Positions 8,732 through 18,443 of a DNA stretch of 56,363 bases are shown here, piece by piece. Position numbers and translations under genes: made by a program. Numbering within the stretch: the first letter of the stretch is position 1; every line of letters starts with the position of its first letter. Source of the DNA: a virus (Duplodnaviria; Caudoviricetes); the IMG/VR virus record IMGVR_UViG_3300049454_000020, positions 1 to 56,363 of that record; one strand, 5' to 3'. Under the pieces are notes generated by a model. That model was not told the DNA's origin and did not search any database. It saw nothing but the letters and a program-made list of their open reading frames with translations.

Positions 8732-9708
8732 GACGCCAGGTTCCCTTCGTAGACGGCGGCCCACCGGTGGGCCTGCTTGTCGATCGTCCACATTCGCGCC
8801 GTCGCGAGCGCGCCCTCGGACAGCGCCGACAGCCAATTCGTGTCCCGCCGGCCGAGGAGAAACGTCAGCGCCTCTTGCAGGTTGTCGCCGCGCGCCCCCG
8901 GGTAGGTCAGCCCGTTCACCTCGTCGTCGACCAGGTCGGGGTATTGGCCGATGGCCGGCACGACCGGGATCACGCCGCGGCTCATGTACTCGAGCGCTTT
9001 GATCCACGACTTCGACGAGTTGAACGGGGTGTCCGCGAGTGGGGCGAGGCCGACGTCGAAGTCGAGCGCGCGCCAGTAGGCATCCATCGTGGACCATCCG
9101 TTGTGCTCATTCGGAATGCCACCCATGTAGTCGGCTCCGATGGTCCGGAATCGGACGCCGTTCCCAGCGACGCGCCGCAACGAGGCCCGGTCGTGGTCGG
9201 TCCAGTCCTGGGCGTGGAACGGTGATCCGGCCCACCCGATCGTGGTCACGCCCGGCCGCCGCTCGGCGGGCACGACGCTTGCCGGGTGCACGCAGTTCTG
9301 CAGCACCACGACCTGTTTGTTGTATGCCCGGCACAGTGCCGCCAACCTGTGGGTGGACACGGTGACGACGTCGGCGGCCGCGATGTTCGCCTTGATGTTC
9401 TCGGCCACGTCCGGCCGGCCGTACAGGGAGTAGGGGATGGTGTTGGCGGGGTCGACGTTCAACAGGTTGTCGTCGAGGTCGTAGACGGCCAGGACGCCCG
9501 GCGTCTCGCAGACGCGGCGCCAGGCCGGGTTGTCGTCGGCGAGGCGCTGCCCGACGACGACGTCTCCGGCGGCAAGCTCGGCGGGGTCGGGCCCGCGCCA
9601 GATGACCTCGAACCGCTCCGGGTCGAGGTGTGTCAGCGGCAGATGCAGCCGGTAGTGCCAGCAGCCCGCGGTGTCGGTCGCGATCGCGAACACGCGACGC
9701 CGGGTCAC
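8728..9708 (-). CDS. Glycosyltransferase, GT-B fold; paralog of 4142..5227
   Basis: GCWHYR, YDLDD, IGWAGS, APLADTPFNSSKSWIKALE. Confidence 0.88.
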   Translation of the reverse strand: MTRRRVFAIATDTAGCWHYRLHLPLTHLDPERFEVIWRGPDPAELAAGDVVVGQRLADDNPAWRRVCETPGVLAVYDLDDNLLNVDPANTIPYSLYGRPDVAENIKANIAAADVVTVSTHRLAALCRAYNKQVVVLQNCVHPASVVPAERRPGVTTIGWAGSPFHAQDWTDHDRASLRRVAGNGVRFRTIGADYMGGIPNEHNGWSTMDAYWRALDFDVGLAPLADTPFNSSKSWIKALEYMSRGVIPVVPAIGQYPDLVDDEVNGLTYPGARGDNLQEALTFLLGRRDTNWLSALSEGALATARMWTIDKQAHRWAAVYEGNLAS

Positions 9709-10394
9709 CACGGCCGGCTCCCCCATTTGGCGGCGAACGCTTCGCCGTCGCGGCCTGCCTGCTCGGCGAGGCCGGGGACCGTGGCGATGAAGGCGTTGGG
9801 GAGCCGGTTCGGGACCGGGTGCCCGCCGATCATGACCATTCCGCCTGCGGCGCGGGCTTGCCAGTCGACGTCGGTGTCGCACCACCACCACGCCATCGAC
9901 TCGTCGGGGACGACCTTCTCACGGCCGTCGAGGATCCACGCCCATCCGGGCATCCGGCCCGCGATGTCGTTGTCAGGCGCGGTTTTGAGGCGGGGCTCGT
10001 GCTCGTGGCCGAACGGGTTGGAGCAGCCCACGGCGGCTCCGGTGGCGTCCATCGCGGCGACGACGGCGTCGTACCAGCCGGGTGGGGGGACGGTGTCGTC
10101 GCAGAGGATCGCGATGTGCCAGGGCCCTTCCTCGCCGTGGCGCAGGCTCGTGGCGGCGTGGATGGCGATGTTCCACAGCCGGGACAGGTTCGGCGGCTGG
10201 TCCGGCACGGTGAATAGGGCGACGCGGTAGCCGTCGTCGAATCCCGGCTCGAGGAGGCGGGTTGTGATCGCGGGTTGTGAGGCGTTGTCGACGACGATGA
10301 CGACGTCGACTTGGGGGCCGATCGCGGCGACGCAGTCTTTCAACAGGTCGGGGCGGTTGTGGGTGAAGATGGCCGCGAAGCGACGGGGGATCAT
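9705..10394 (-). CDS. Glycosyltransferase, GT-A fold (GT2-like)
   Basis: THNRPDLLKDC, VVDNAS, ILCDD, WWCDTD. Confidence 0.8.
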   Translation of the reverse strand: MIPRRFAAIFTHNRPDLLKDCVAAIGPQVDVVIVVDNASQPAITTRLLEPGFDDGYRVALFTVPDQPPNLSRLWNIAIHAATSLRHGEEGPWHIAILCDDTVPPPGWYDAVVAAMDATGAAVGCSNPFGHEHEPRLKTAPDNDIAGRMPGWAWILDGREKVVPDESMAWWWCDTDVDWQARAAGGMVMIGGHPVPNRLPNAFIATVPGLAEQAGRDGEAFAAKWGSRPW

Positions 10395-10416
10395 CTACGC
10401 AGCGTAGAACACGGAT

Positions 10417-11127
10417 TTAGACAGTGATGGCATTCGCGAACCGTGACGCGTCGCCGAGCCTGTAGCCGCGCAGCCAACACACCTGCGTCGCCCCGGCGTT
10501 CATGGTGATCGTCCCGACGCCGCTTCGCTCCAATGTGAACACCGCGTTGTCGGTGACATCCGACGCGGTCGTGTTCCGGACGACCATGTCGGAGCCCCAG
10601 TCGTTGGACCCGCCGACCGCAGACCGCAGCGCCCACACCCCGGCGCCGAGGACCGCGCCGCCGACCGACGACCGCCGGATCCGCCACAGCGCGTTGTTGG
10701 TCGCGTTGGACGACGTGACGTCGGTTCGGATCTCGAACTTGTACGCCCGGCCCGCCTCGAACAGGAAATTGGTGATTGTCAGGATCGCGACCTCGGTGGT
10801 GATCCCGCCGGCGCTCGTGACCGTTGACGCGCCGTCGATGTAGACGACCGGGTCTTCGACAGGCGCGTTGGGGCGGCCGATGACGTACATGCCGTCCGGG
10901 GGGACCGACATCACCGCGACCCGCTCGCCGGCGGGGATCGCGCCGACAAGCGACACCGCCTGCGCCGGGACGGACAGGGCGTCGGAGTCCAATGTGACCA
11001 CGGCGGCGGCCGGGACCGTCCCGTCCGCGACGGTCGCGAACTGCAACTGCCACGTCAACCCGAGCCGCTGCGCGTTGTCCTGCACCGCCTGCACAAGCAC
11101 CTTCGCATCGCTGGCGGGGGCCGTCAT
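10417..11127 (-). CDS. Minor tail protein
   Basis: Last gene of the tail block; beta-rich C-terminus; ATGA overlap with upstream gene. Confidence 0.7.
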   Translation of the reverse strand: MTAPASDAKVLVQAVQDNAQRLGLTWQLQFATVADGTVPAAAVVTLDSDALSVPAQAVSLVGAIPAGERVAVMSVPPDGMYVIGRPNAPVEDPVVYIDGASTVTSAGGITTEVAILTITNFLFEAGRAYKFEIRTDVTSSNATNNALWRIRRSSVGGAVLGAGVWALRSAVGGSNDWGSDMVVRNTTASDVTDNAVFTLERSGVGTITMNAGATQVCWLRGYRLGDASRFANAITV

Positions 11128-12227
11128 TGGAAGCTCCGGCGCAGCGCGTGAGACATCGGGGCACCTTCTTGCAGCGTCATCGACCAAGCCAACTCGAGCC
11201 AGTTGACGCCCCGCCACCGGACGACGTCGTACGAGTCGTGCCGCGGGTCCGGCGCGGTGGCGAGCGTGGTGCGCCGGAACACCGACTGGCGGATCCCCAG
11301 ATTCCGGGCCGCGGCGGTGGCTTGGGAGCTGTTCGCGACCTGCAGGTTGACGACTTGCGGGATGACGAAGCCTCGTTGCGCGATCGAGTACGGCGCGGAC
11401 GGCGGTACGTCGTAGCTGCCGGTGATCGGCCCGGCCAGGGCGTCGCCTGAGTTGGAGGTGACCACGAACCGGTTCGGGGCCGTCAGCAAGTCGGACGTCT
11501 CGGAGATCGAGTCTTGGATGACGCGTCGGCCGCGGTCGAGGTCGATGGTCGCTACGGCGGTGTCGGGGTCGACGGTGCGGATCATCCGCAGCGCGGCGCG
11601 GTTGTCGAGCCACGGGGTCATGTAGTCGCCTTGGGTGGCGTACGCGGCGAGGACCTGCCCGCGGGTCGTTCCGGGGGCCCAGGCGCCGCTGGCGGCGTAC
11701 GGAGACGCCTCCACGATGGTGGCTGGGAGCGGCAGGCCGGCGAGGAGGTCCAGGATGGCGTCTTGGATCGCGGCCGTGGACGACCACGCGGAGGACAGTT
11801 GCTGGTCGACGAGGAACATCTCGTCGAGGAGGACCAGGGCGGCCCGGTCGCCCCCGGTGTTGATGGCGTCGGCTTGGTTGGTGAACATGAACCGCCCGAG
11901 CGGGTACGCCCCGGCGCCGAGGAGCATCGACGGGGCGACCCGGTCGGTGAGCGGGTTGATCGCGGCGGTGTCCGCGACGCCGAGGTTGACCCGAAGCTCG
12001 CGTTTGACGGTGCGGGTGGTGTCGTGGCTGATTGTCGCTCCGGACCGGATCGGGTGGAGCTCGCCGAGTTGCTCGCCGGTGACCCCGTCGACGAGGTCGA
12101 ACCGGTAGGTCGCGGTTCGTTGCCCGACCCACGTCTCGAGGTCGAGCTCGGCCTCGTTGGGGTCGGGCGTGCCGGTGGCGGTGGTGAGGGGGAGTTGGCC
12201 GGGCCAGTTCCCGATCAGGCTGGTCAT
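11124..12227 (-). CDS. Minor tail protein (hub-like)
   Basis: Position; YPLGRF, PNRFVV, PDPRHDSYDVV motifs seen in actinophage hub proteins. Confidence 0.78.
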   Translation of the reverse strand: MTSLIGNWPGQLPLTTATGTPDPNEAELDLETWVGQRTATYRFDLVDGVTGEQLGELHPIRSGATISHDTTRTVKRELRVNLGVADTAAINPLTDRVAPSMLLGAGAYPLGRFMFTNQADAINTGGDRAALVLLDEMFLVDQQLSSAWSSTAAIQDAILDLLAGLPLPATIVEASPYAASGAWAPGTTRGQVLAAYATQGDYMTPWLDNRAALRMIRTVDPDTAVATIDLDRGRRVIQDSISETSDLLTAPNRFVVTSNSGDALAGPITGSYDVPPSAPYSIAQRGFVIPQVVNLQVANSSQATAAARNLGIRQSVFRRTTLATAPDPRHDSYDVVRWRGVNWLELAWSMTLQEGAPMSHALRRSFQ

Positions 12228-14797
12228 GGCTGGACCGGGGCGGGGGTGCGGGTGAGTTCGACGATCTCGACGCGGGCCAGGTATTTGGTCCGGTTCCCGG
12301 ACGCGGCCACGGCGGGGACGCGGACGTTCGCGTACCACCTGTCGCCGATGTCGTCGCGGACGCACACGTAGGGGAGGTCCCTCCAGGCCAGGTCTCGGAG
12401 GGTGGTCGTGTCGGCGAGGCGGGCGGGGTCGATCGCGGCGGCGTTGACGAGCAGGGTGCGGGCGAACGACTCGAGGCCTCGTTCTGTGCCGTGGAACGCG
12501 GCGACGCCGTCGCGGCGGTACATGGGCAGAAACGCGACTTGGTCGCCTTCGGGGAGGCTGAACGCCTCCTCCGGCGTCCCGGACCATTGCATGATGTAGG
12601 CCGCGTTGGAGAGGCCGCTTTGGTCGGCGTTGCCGGTGAAGATCAGGGCTCCGGTCGCGTCGGGGCAGCTTCCGGTGACGCCGGGTGTCGGCGGCGCGCC
12701 CGTGACCTGGCCGGACCAGGCTCCGGCGAAGTTGTAGACGTTCAGGACCCGCATCCGGTAGACGGACGGCAGGCCGACGCGGGCTTCGAAGTCGTTGAAC
12801 CCGGTCCCAGTAACGGTTTGCGACAGCATGACCGTCTCGAAGGCGAGGGTGACGGTGTCCCACCGTTGCAGCTCGTAGGCTCCGAACCCGGACGCCGCGA
12901 GCGAGGTTTGGTTCCAGGTGAGGCGCTGGTAGGAGATCCCGGATGGGATGCAGCAGTCGGGGGTGGCGCAGTTGAGGCCGATCCCGGTGACTGTCTGGGT
13001 CAGCGGTGTCAATGTCAGACCGGTGACGGCAGGCGGGTCTTGGGAGAACAGCAGGACCGCGTCGGAGGTGGCGTCGATGGTCGCGCCGGACACGTACGGC
13101 GATCCGACGCCTTGCGGCATCCAGGTGAGCTCTACCGTGTCGCCGGCGGGGGGCTGGTAGGTGGCGACGCCGAGTTGATGCGGCGCGGGTGCGAGGTTGT
13201 AGAGGTTGCCGGGGACGCCGGACACCGCCGGGGCGCAGGCGCCCATGACCTCCCACCGGTTGCCGGCGTTCTCACCGGCCGCGGACCAGGTCCAGGCCGG
13301 GTTGCCGGCGACGGCCCCCATCGACGGCGGGGCCGCGAAGCGGAGTGTGACTTCGGCCCACCCGTCGGCGATCTCGGGCAGCGCGTCGAACGCGGCGGGT
13401 GTGATCGACACCGTCGACCCGGACAGCCCCCCGACGCCGGTCAGGGTGAGCGGGACGGTGGTGTCGCCGTGCCGGCGGGCGTAGAACCGGACCTGCGGAT
13501 ACGTGTTCGCGGCGCCGGAGATGTCGTCGTAGACGTCTTGGGTGGCGGTGACTGTGCCGTAGACGTGGGCGGCGACTTGCCGGCCGTAGGCGTGGGGCTC
13601 TGTCAACGTCCCGCCGGAGGCATGGAGCGAGATTTGCGGCAGGACCATGGTCGTGTTGGCGGTGAACGTCTCCCCCAAATGGTCCTGCGCCGGCTTTGGG
13701 ATGTTCACCTGCAGCGCCGGGTGCGGCGGGGTCTCGTACAGCTGCCGCAACGCGTTGAGGATCGGGTACGGGGTGTCTTGCACGGCGTCGATCCCCGTCT
13801 CCGGGGAGGACAGGACGACGGTGTACACCCCGGCAGGGAGGACAGGGTTGAGCGCCAGGTTCGACATGGCCCGCATCGGCATCGGGTTCGCGCCGTACAC
13901 ATAACGCTGGCGCAGGCCGTAGAACGCGTTCGCGGTCGGCGGCCCGAACGCGACCCCGGACACGGCGAGGCGCTGCTCGTCGCAGAAGATGACCTCCAAC
14001 GCGGCGTACAGGTAGAACAGGGCGGTGCCGGAGGCGTTCCCAGCCCCGGCGAGCCGGACCGTGATCCGGCCCGACGCGGAGATCTCAAACCGCTGCAGGT
14101 CGCTGTATATCCACGGCAGCCGTTGGACGGTGTTCGACGGCGTGCCGGAGAAGAACGGGCCCACCTCCCCGAACGGGATCCTCGATATCTCGGGACGTCC
14201 GGGCCCGGCCTCCGGCGCGACGATCGTCCCGGCGGACGTGGACGCGTACAGGATCCCGTCCGTGACGGCGGGCGGCATGATCGACGCCCGGCCGTCGAAG
14301 TCGGCCAATGTGGACGATGTGGCGGTGTAGAGCAGGTTTACGGCCAGAACCCGTTTCCCGAACAGGAGCTGGCTGTACTGGTTGACGGCGAAGTACAGGT
14401 CGGCGTTCGCGTCGGCGGGCGTGCCGCCGGACAGGGTCAGGTTGAACCCGTCAGACGGGTCGGCGAGGGCGTCGGCGAGGCTCGCCGCGGGTGAGAACGT
14501 CGCGTTGCCGGTGACGCCGCCGTTGTTGACGGGGATGACCACGGACCGGATCGGTCCGGACAGGTCCTCGAATCCGCGCGGGTAGACAGCGATCTGGAAC
14601 ACCTGCCCGACCGCGTCCGACGACGGCAGCTGGTGGGCGTAGAACCGGCCTTCGGTCAGGGTCCGGGGCGCGGCGAGGGTGAGACCGTGGCCGACCTCGA
14701 GGGTGTTGACGACGGGGGTGAGGAACAGGTCCTCGTCGCGGATAGGGGCCCATTCCTCGCCGAGGATGATCGGGCTGTACCAGTTGTAGTTGCCCAT
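12224..14797 (-). CDS. Large minor tail protein
   Basis: 857 aa, first structural gene after the tape measure; Fn3-like C-terminal part (DFEARVG..YRMR). Confidence 0.8.
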   Translation of the reverse strand: MGNYNWYSPIILGEEWAPIRDEDLFLTPVVNTLEVGHGLTLAAPRTLTEGRFYAHQLPSSDAVGQVFQIAVYPRGFEDLSGPIRSVVIPVNNGGVTGNATFSPAASLADALADPSDGFNLTLSGGTPADANADLYFAVNQYSQLLFGKRVLAVNLLYTATSSTLADFDGRASIMPPAVTDGILYASTSAGTIVAPEAGPGRPEISRIPFGEVGPFFSGTPSNTVQRLPWIYSDLQRFEISASGRITVRLAGAGNASGTALFYLYAALEVIFCDEQRLAVSGVAFGPPTANAFYGLRQRYVYGANPMPMRAMSNLALNPVLPAGVYTVVLSSPETGIDAVQDTPYPILNALRQLYETPPHPALQVNIPKPAQDHLGETFTANTTMVLPQISLHASGGTLTEPHAYGRQVAAHVYGTVTATQDVYDDISGAANTYPQVRFYARRHGDTTVPLTLTGVGGLSGSTVSITPAAFDALPEIADGWAEVTLRFAAPPSMGAVAGNPAWTWSAAGENAGNRWEVMGACAPAVSGVPGNLYNLAPAPHQLGVATYQPPAGDTVELTWMPQGVGSPYVSGATIDATSDAVLLFSQDPPAVTGLTLTPLTQTVTGIGLNCATPDCCIPSGISYQRLTWNQTSLAASGFGAYELQRWDTVTLAFETVMLSQTVTGTGFNDFEARVGLPSVYRMRVLNVYNFAGAWSGQVTGAPPTPGVTGSCPDATGALIFTGNADQSGLSNAAYIMQWSGTPEEAFSLPEGDQVAFLPMYRRDGVAAFHGTERGLESFARTLLVNAAAIDPARLADTTTLRDLAWRDLPYVCVRDDIGDRWYANVRVPAVAASGNRTKYLARVEIVELTRTPAPVQP

Positions 14798-14798
14798 C

Positions 14799-15182
14799 TC
14801 AGACTCCGCCGTTTTTTAGGTAGTCAAGCGCCGCCATTACGAGGTCGGGGCTGTCGCGAAACTGCCCCAACCCTGCGTTGCAGGTGATGCACAGCAGGCC
14901 ACGCACGACGCCGGTGGCATGGCAGTGGTCTGTGTGGAGCCGGCTTCCGTGCTTGGGTGGACCTCCACAAATGGCGCACTTCTTCCCAAACCAGTACTTG
15001 ACGCGGGCTCGATAGCCGGCCTTGCTGGCGTTGGCGCGTGCGTACACGCACATTTTGCACCTGGGCGAATGCAGCCGTCCGCTGGTCTGCAAGCGAAACG
15101 CGTCGATCGGTTTCGTGATCAAGCAGACGGTGCAAGTCTTCTCGTGCGTCTCAAAGACCCTGTATTGACCCTTGGCTGGCAT
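14799..15182 (-). CDS. Endonuclease VII-like HNH nuclease
   Basis: CTVC...CKMC and CAIC...HTDHCHATGVVRGLLCITCNAGLG. Confidence 0.9.
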   Translation of the reverse strand: MPAKGQYRVFETHEKTCTVCLITKPIDAFRLQTSGRLHSPRCKMCVYARANASKAGYRARVKYWFGKKCAICGGPPKHGSRLHTDHCHATGVVRGLLCITCNAGLGQFRDSPDLVMAALDYLKNGGV

Positions 15183-15186
15183 CTTC

Positions 15187-17658
15187 TCAGACCGTCCTGA
15201 CTGCTGTGGCGATGTCGCGGCGTTCGAGTTCGGCGACGATCCCGGCGCCGACGGCTTGGCCGGTGCGGTGGGCCTCGGCCTCGGTGGGAATGGCGCCGGT
15301 GAAGTGGACCCCGCCGACGTTGATGATCACACTGGCGAGGGACCCCGCCGCGCCGCCCGGTCCTGTGGCGGTGATGGCGGGGCGGGTGGCGTCGTTCAAC
15401 GCGGCCTGCAACTCGGGCAGGCCGGCGTGGATGCCCTCGACGATCCCGGCCGGGATCTGCTTCCCGACCGCGTCGGCGAACACCCTCGACGGAGACGCGA
15501 TCCCCAGGGCCGCTTTGGCTCCGTTGACGATGTCGGCCATGGCTCGCTTCACGGCGTCGATGGCCCGCCCGACCGCGCCTTTGATCCCGTCGATGAGGCC
15601 GCCGATCATGTTGCGGCCCATCTCGACGAGTTGGCCGGGCAGCGACGAGATCGCGGCCATGATCCGTCCAGGCAGCGCTTTCGCGAAGTCGACGACGGCG
15701 GTGACGCCGGCGGAGAAGTTGGCTTTCACCCGCGTCCACAGGTCGGTGACCAGCGCGACGACTTTGCCGGGCAGCTCGGACACGAACCCGACGACAGCGG
15801 CGATCCCGGCGCGGAACAGGTCCCCGGCGGTGGTCCACAGCAGGGCGACGAGCGCGGCGACTTGGCCGGGCAGGTCGATGAAGAATTTGATGATCGTGGC
15901 GATGCCGAACCCGACGGCGGTGAAGAACCCGTCGAATGCTCGCTGAGCCAGCGACACGAGCAGGCCCGGCAGCGCGGCGATCGCGGCCCCGATCTTTCCG
16001 GGCAGTTCGGTCCAGAACTGGATGGAGCCTTCGAAGAACGCGACTACGGCTTCCCAGGCGGCGGCGAACGCACCGCCGATAGCGTTCCCGACCGCGTTCC
16101 AGTCGATCGCCTCCAAGAATTTTCCGAACTCGGCGACGGCGTCGGCGAGGAAGCCGAGCCCTTTCGCGAGCAGCGTGACGAGGGGGAGCAGGCCCTCGAT
16201 CGACAGCCATTGCAGGAACGCGGCGGCGGCTTTGATCAGCGGCGCGACGATCAACAACAACGCGCCGACAAGCTCCCCGATCGGCGGCAGCAGCGGGATG
16301 AACGCGAGTGCCAGGTCGGCGAGGGTGGGGGCCAGGTCGGCGATGATGGGTGCGAGCGCCAACGCGACCGGTACCAACGCGTTCGCGAGGGCGCCGACGA
16401 CTTCCCCGATGACGGGGAACAGCGGCGCGAGGGCCTGCGCGATCTGGCCGATGGCCTTGCCCAGGTTCGCCAACCCGCCGGTGTCGCCGGCGGTGCGGAC
16501 CAGCGTCCCGATCCCGTCGATGATCGGCTTCAGGACCGGGACGAGGAATTGGACGAGTTCGGTGATGAGCGGGATGACAGCGGACAGCGCCGATCCGAGG
16601 GCGGGGGCCAACTCCCCGAGCGCGGCGCCGAGGGCGGGCGTGATGTCGGTCAGCGACTGCTTGATCTCCGGGATCACAGGAGCAAACCCGTCGACCAAGG
16701 CCTGCGACAGGGTGTCCTTGAACGTGGAGAACACGCCGAGAAGGGTCTGGGCCTGCTGCTCCATCGCCCCGGCAGCGCCGGGGAACTTTTGCATCCCGGC
16801 GAGCAGCGCGGCGACGCCCTCGGTCGCGCCGACGGTGCCGGCTGAGATTTGCTTCATCGCCTCGGCGGCGGAGATCCCTTTCGCCGCGGCGATCGCGGCG
16901 ACGCCGTTGAATCCGGGCAGCGCGCCGGAGATTTGGTTGATCTCCTCCAGGGTCACCTTCCCGGACGAGCCGATCTGCCCCAACGCCAACGCGACTGAGG
17001 ACATGGCTTGCGCGCCGCCGCCGGTGACGGAGGCGATGTTGCCGAGGGTGGTGAGGAACGGCTCGAGTTGGTCCTTGGCGAGGCCGACGGAGCCGGAGAA
17101 CGCGAGGAACCGTTTCGCCGCGTCTGCCAGCTCGGGCAGCTCGAACGGCGTCGCGGCGGCGAAGTCTTTCAGGCCGGCGAAGACTTTCGTGCCCTCTTCG
17201 ACGCCGCCGAGGAGCGAGTTGAACGCGACTTGGGTCTGCTCCATCGCGGCGGCGGCTTGAAGTCCGAAGGTGGTGAGGGCGCCGAGCCCGGCGGCGGCTC
17301 CAACGCCGGCGCCGATCAGGCCGGTCTTCAAAATGCCGAGCGCGCCGCCGAGTTTCGTGGATATCCCGCCGGCGGCTTGGTCGGTTTGCCGCTCGACGTT
17401 GTTCATCGACACGGTCGCGGTCCGGGACAGCTCGCGGAGGGCGGCTTCGGCGCGTTCGCCGCCTTGCTGGAATTCTCGGCCGAGGTCGTTGCCGGCGGCG
17501 CCGGCGGCGGCGGCGACGCGGTCCAGCGCCGTGCGGACTTCGGTGACGAGGTCGCGGAGGGCGGACTCTATGCCCCGGTCGGCCTCAGACGCGAAGCGGG
17601 AGAAGTCGGGGACGATCGCGACAGTGGCGGAGTCGATCGGACCGGTCATGAGGGCCAC
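15187..17658 (-). CDS. Tape measure protein
   Basis: 823 aa Ala/Gly-rich; FAAATPFE, ALGQI..GKV..EEINQI, LGIASPSRVF. Confidence 0.95.
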   Translation of the reverse strand: MALMTGPIDSATVAIVPDFSRFASEADRGIESALRDLVTEVRTALDRVAAAAGAAGNDLGREFQQGGERAEAALRELSRTATVSMNNVERQTDQAAGGISTKLGGALGILKTGLIGAGVGAAAGLGALTTFGLQAAAAMEQTQVAFNSLLGGVEEGTKVFAGLKDFAAATPFELPELADAAKRFLAFSGSVGLAKDQLEPFLTTLGNIASVTGGGAQAMSSVALALGQIGSSGKVTLEEINQISGALPGFNGVAAIAAAKGISAAEAMKQISAGTVGATEGVAALLAGMQKFPGAAGAMEQQAQTLLGVFSTFKDTLSQALVDGFAPVIPEIKQSLTDITPALGAALGELAPALGSALSAVIPLITELVQFLVPVLKPIIDGIGTLVRTAGDTGGLANLGKAIGQIAQALAPLFPVIGEVVGALANALVPVALALAPIIADLAPTLADLALAFIPLLPPIGELVGALLLIVAPLIKAAAAFLQWLSIEGLLPLVTLLAKGLGFLADAVAEFGKFLEAIDWNAVGNAIGGAFAAAWEAVVAFFEGSIQFWTELPGKIGAAIAALPGLLVSLAQRAFDGFFTAVGFGIATIIKFFIDLPGQVAALVALLWTTAGDLFRAGIAAVVGFVSELPGKVVALVTDLWTRVKANFSAGVTAVVDFAKALPGRIMAAISSLPGQLVEMGRNMIGGLIDGIKGAVGRAIDAVKRAMADIVNGAKAALGIASPSRVFADAVGKQIPAGIVEGIHAGLPELQAALNDATRPAITATGPGGAAGSLASVIINVGGVHFTGAIPTEAEAHRTGQAVGAGIVAELERRDIATAVRTV

Positions 17659-17673
17659 CCCCGTGGCGTGGCC

Positions 17674-18024
17674 CTATGACGTCGCGTCTGCCTGTTCGGC
17701 TGCTGCTCTGGCTCGGGCCATTCTGGCGACGTCGGCCTGCCGGCCCCTGAACCACGGCGGTGGCCGCAGGGTGGGGGTGGCGGGTGTCGGCGCGTTGAAT
17801 TGGTTGAGCGGCCCGGTCAGTTGTCTGTTTAGTTGGTCGTGTTTGTCGGGATTGGAGTTGAGGAGGATGTAGTGGTGGAGTAGGTCTAGCCAGTCGGCTG
17901 GGTCGAGGGCTCGCCATTGGATGCGGCGTTCGAGGCACCATCCGTTGAAGAGGTGCTGTCGGTGGGGTTGGTCGTCGTCCCGTCCGTCGACCCATCCGGC
18001 GAGGGCGAGGACGGCTGTGTAGGG
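17674..18024 (-). CDS. Tail assembly chaperone, -1 frameshift extension (no start codon of its own)
   Basis: Open -1 frame PYTAVLALAGWVDG...FNGWCLERRI...PPPWF...ATS* fills the gap to the tape measure gene. Confidence 0.75.
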   Translation of the reverse strand, partial: PYTAVLALAGWVDGRDDDQPHRQHLFNGWCLERRIQWRALDPADWLDLLHHYILLNSNPDKHDQLNRQLTGPLNQFNAPTPATPTLRPPPWFRGRQADVARMARARAAAEQADATS

Positions 18025-18368
18025 CGCATCCCGTACCGCTCCAGGAGCCAGTACAGGGCGGGGATGGCCTGCTGTTGCAGGTCGATGGGCTCCTCTTCGG
18101 ACAGGAGGCGCTGTTTGAACCGTTGCCCGGACCGACCGGGCAGCAGGATCTCGAACATGTCCCCGACGCGTTTGAGCGTGGCCTCGATGTTCGTGCCTAT
18201 CTGGGCGGCGTCGCCCATCTCACCGTGCAATTTGGACAGTTTCGTCAGAGCGATGGGGGAGATGATGGCGGGGGCTTTGAACACGTCGTCGTCGATCCGG
18301 AATTGGTGCGGGTCGCGTTTGATCGTGAAGTCCCGAACGCTGTTCAGGTCGGGGTCTGGTTCGGTCAT
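17886..18368 (-). CDS. Tail assembly chaperone
   Basis: Upstream of tape measure; WLLERYGMRPT followed by a low-complexity Ser/Thr tail. Confidence 0.85.
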   Translation of the reverse strand: MTEPDPDLNSVRDFTIKRDPHQFRIDDDVFKAPAIISPIALTKLSKLHGEMGDAAQIGTNIEATLKRVGDMFEILLPGRSGQRFKQRLLSEEEPIDLQQQAIPALYWLLERYGMRPTQPSSPSPDGSTDGTTTNPTDSTSSTDGASNAASNGEPSTQPTG

Positions 18369-18443
18369 GCCCGCAGTCTAGATCTTCGACGCGTCAACAG
18401 CCTTCACCGGAAACGAGCACCCCCGCCGCGCCTGAGCCCACGG

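Noticed and set aside
4142-10394. Glycosyltransferase cluster as a DNA hypermodification system
   Set aside because: No hydroxymethylase, TET/JBP enzyme or phage DNA polymerase seen, and the cluster lies in the late region. Disfavoured but not excluded.
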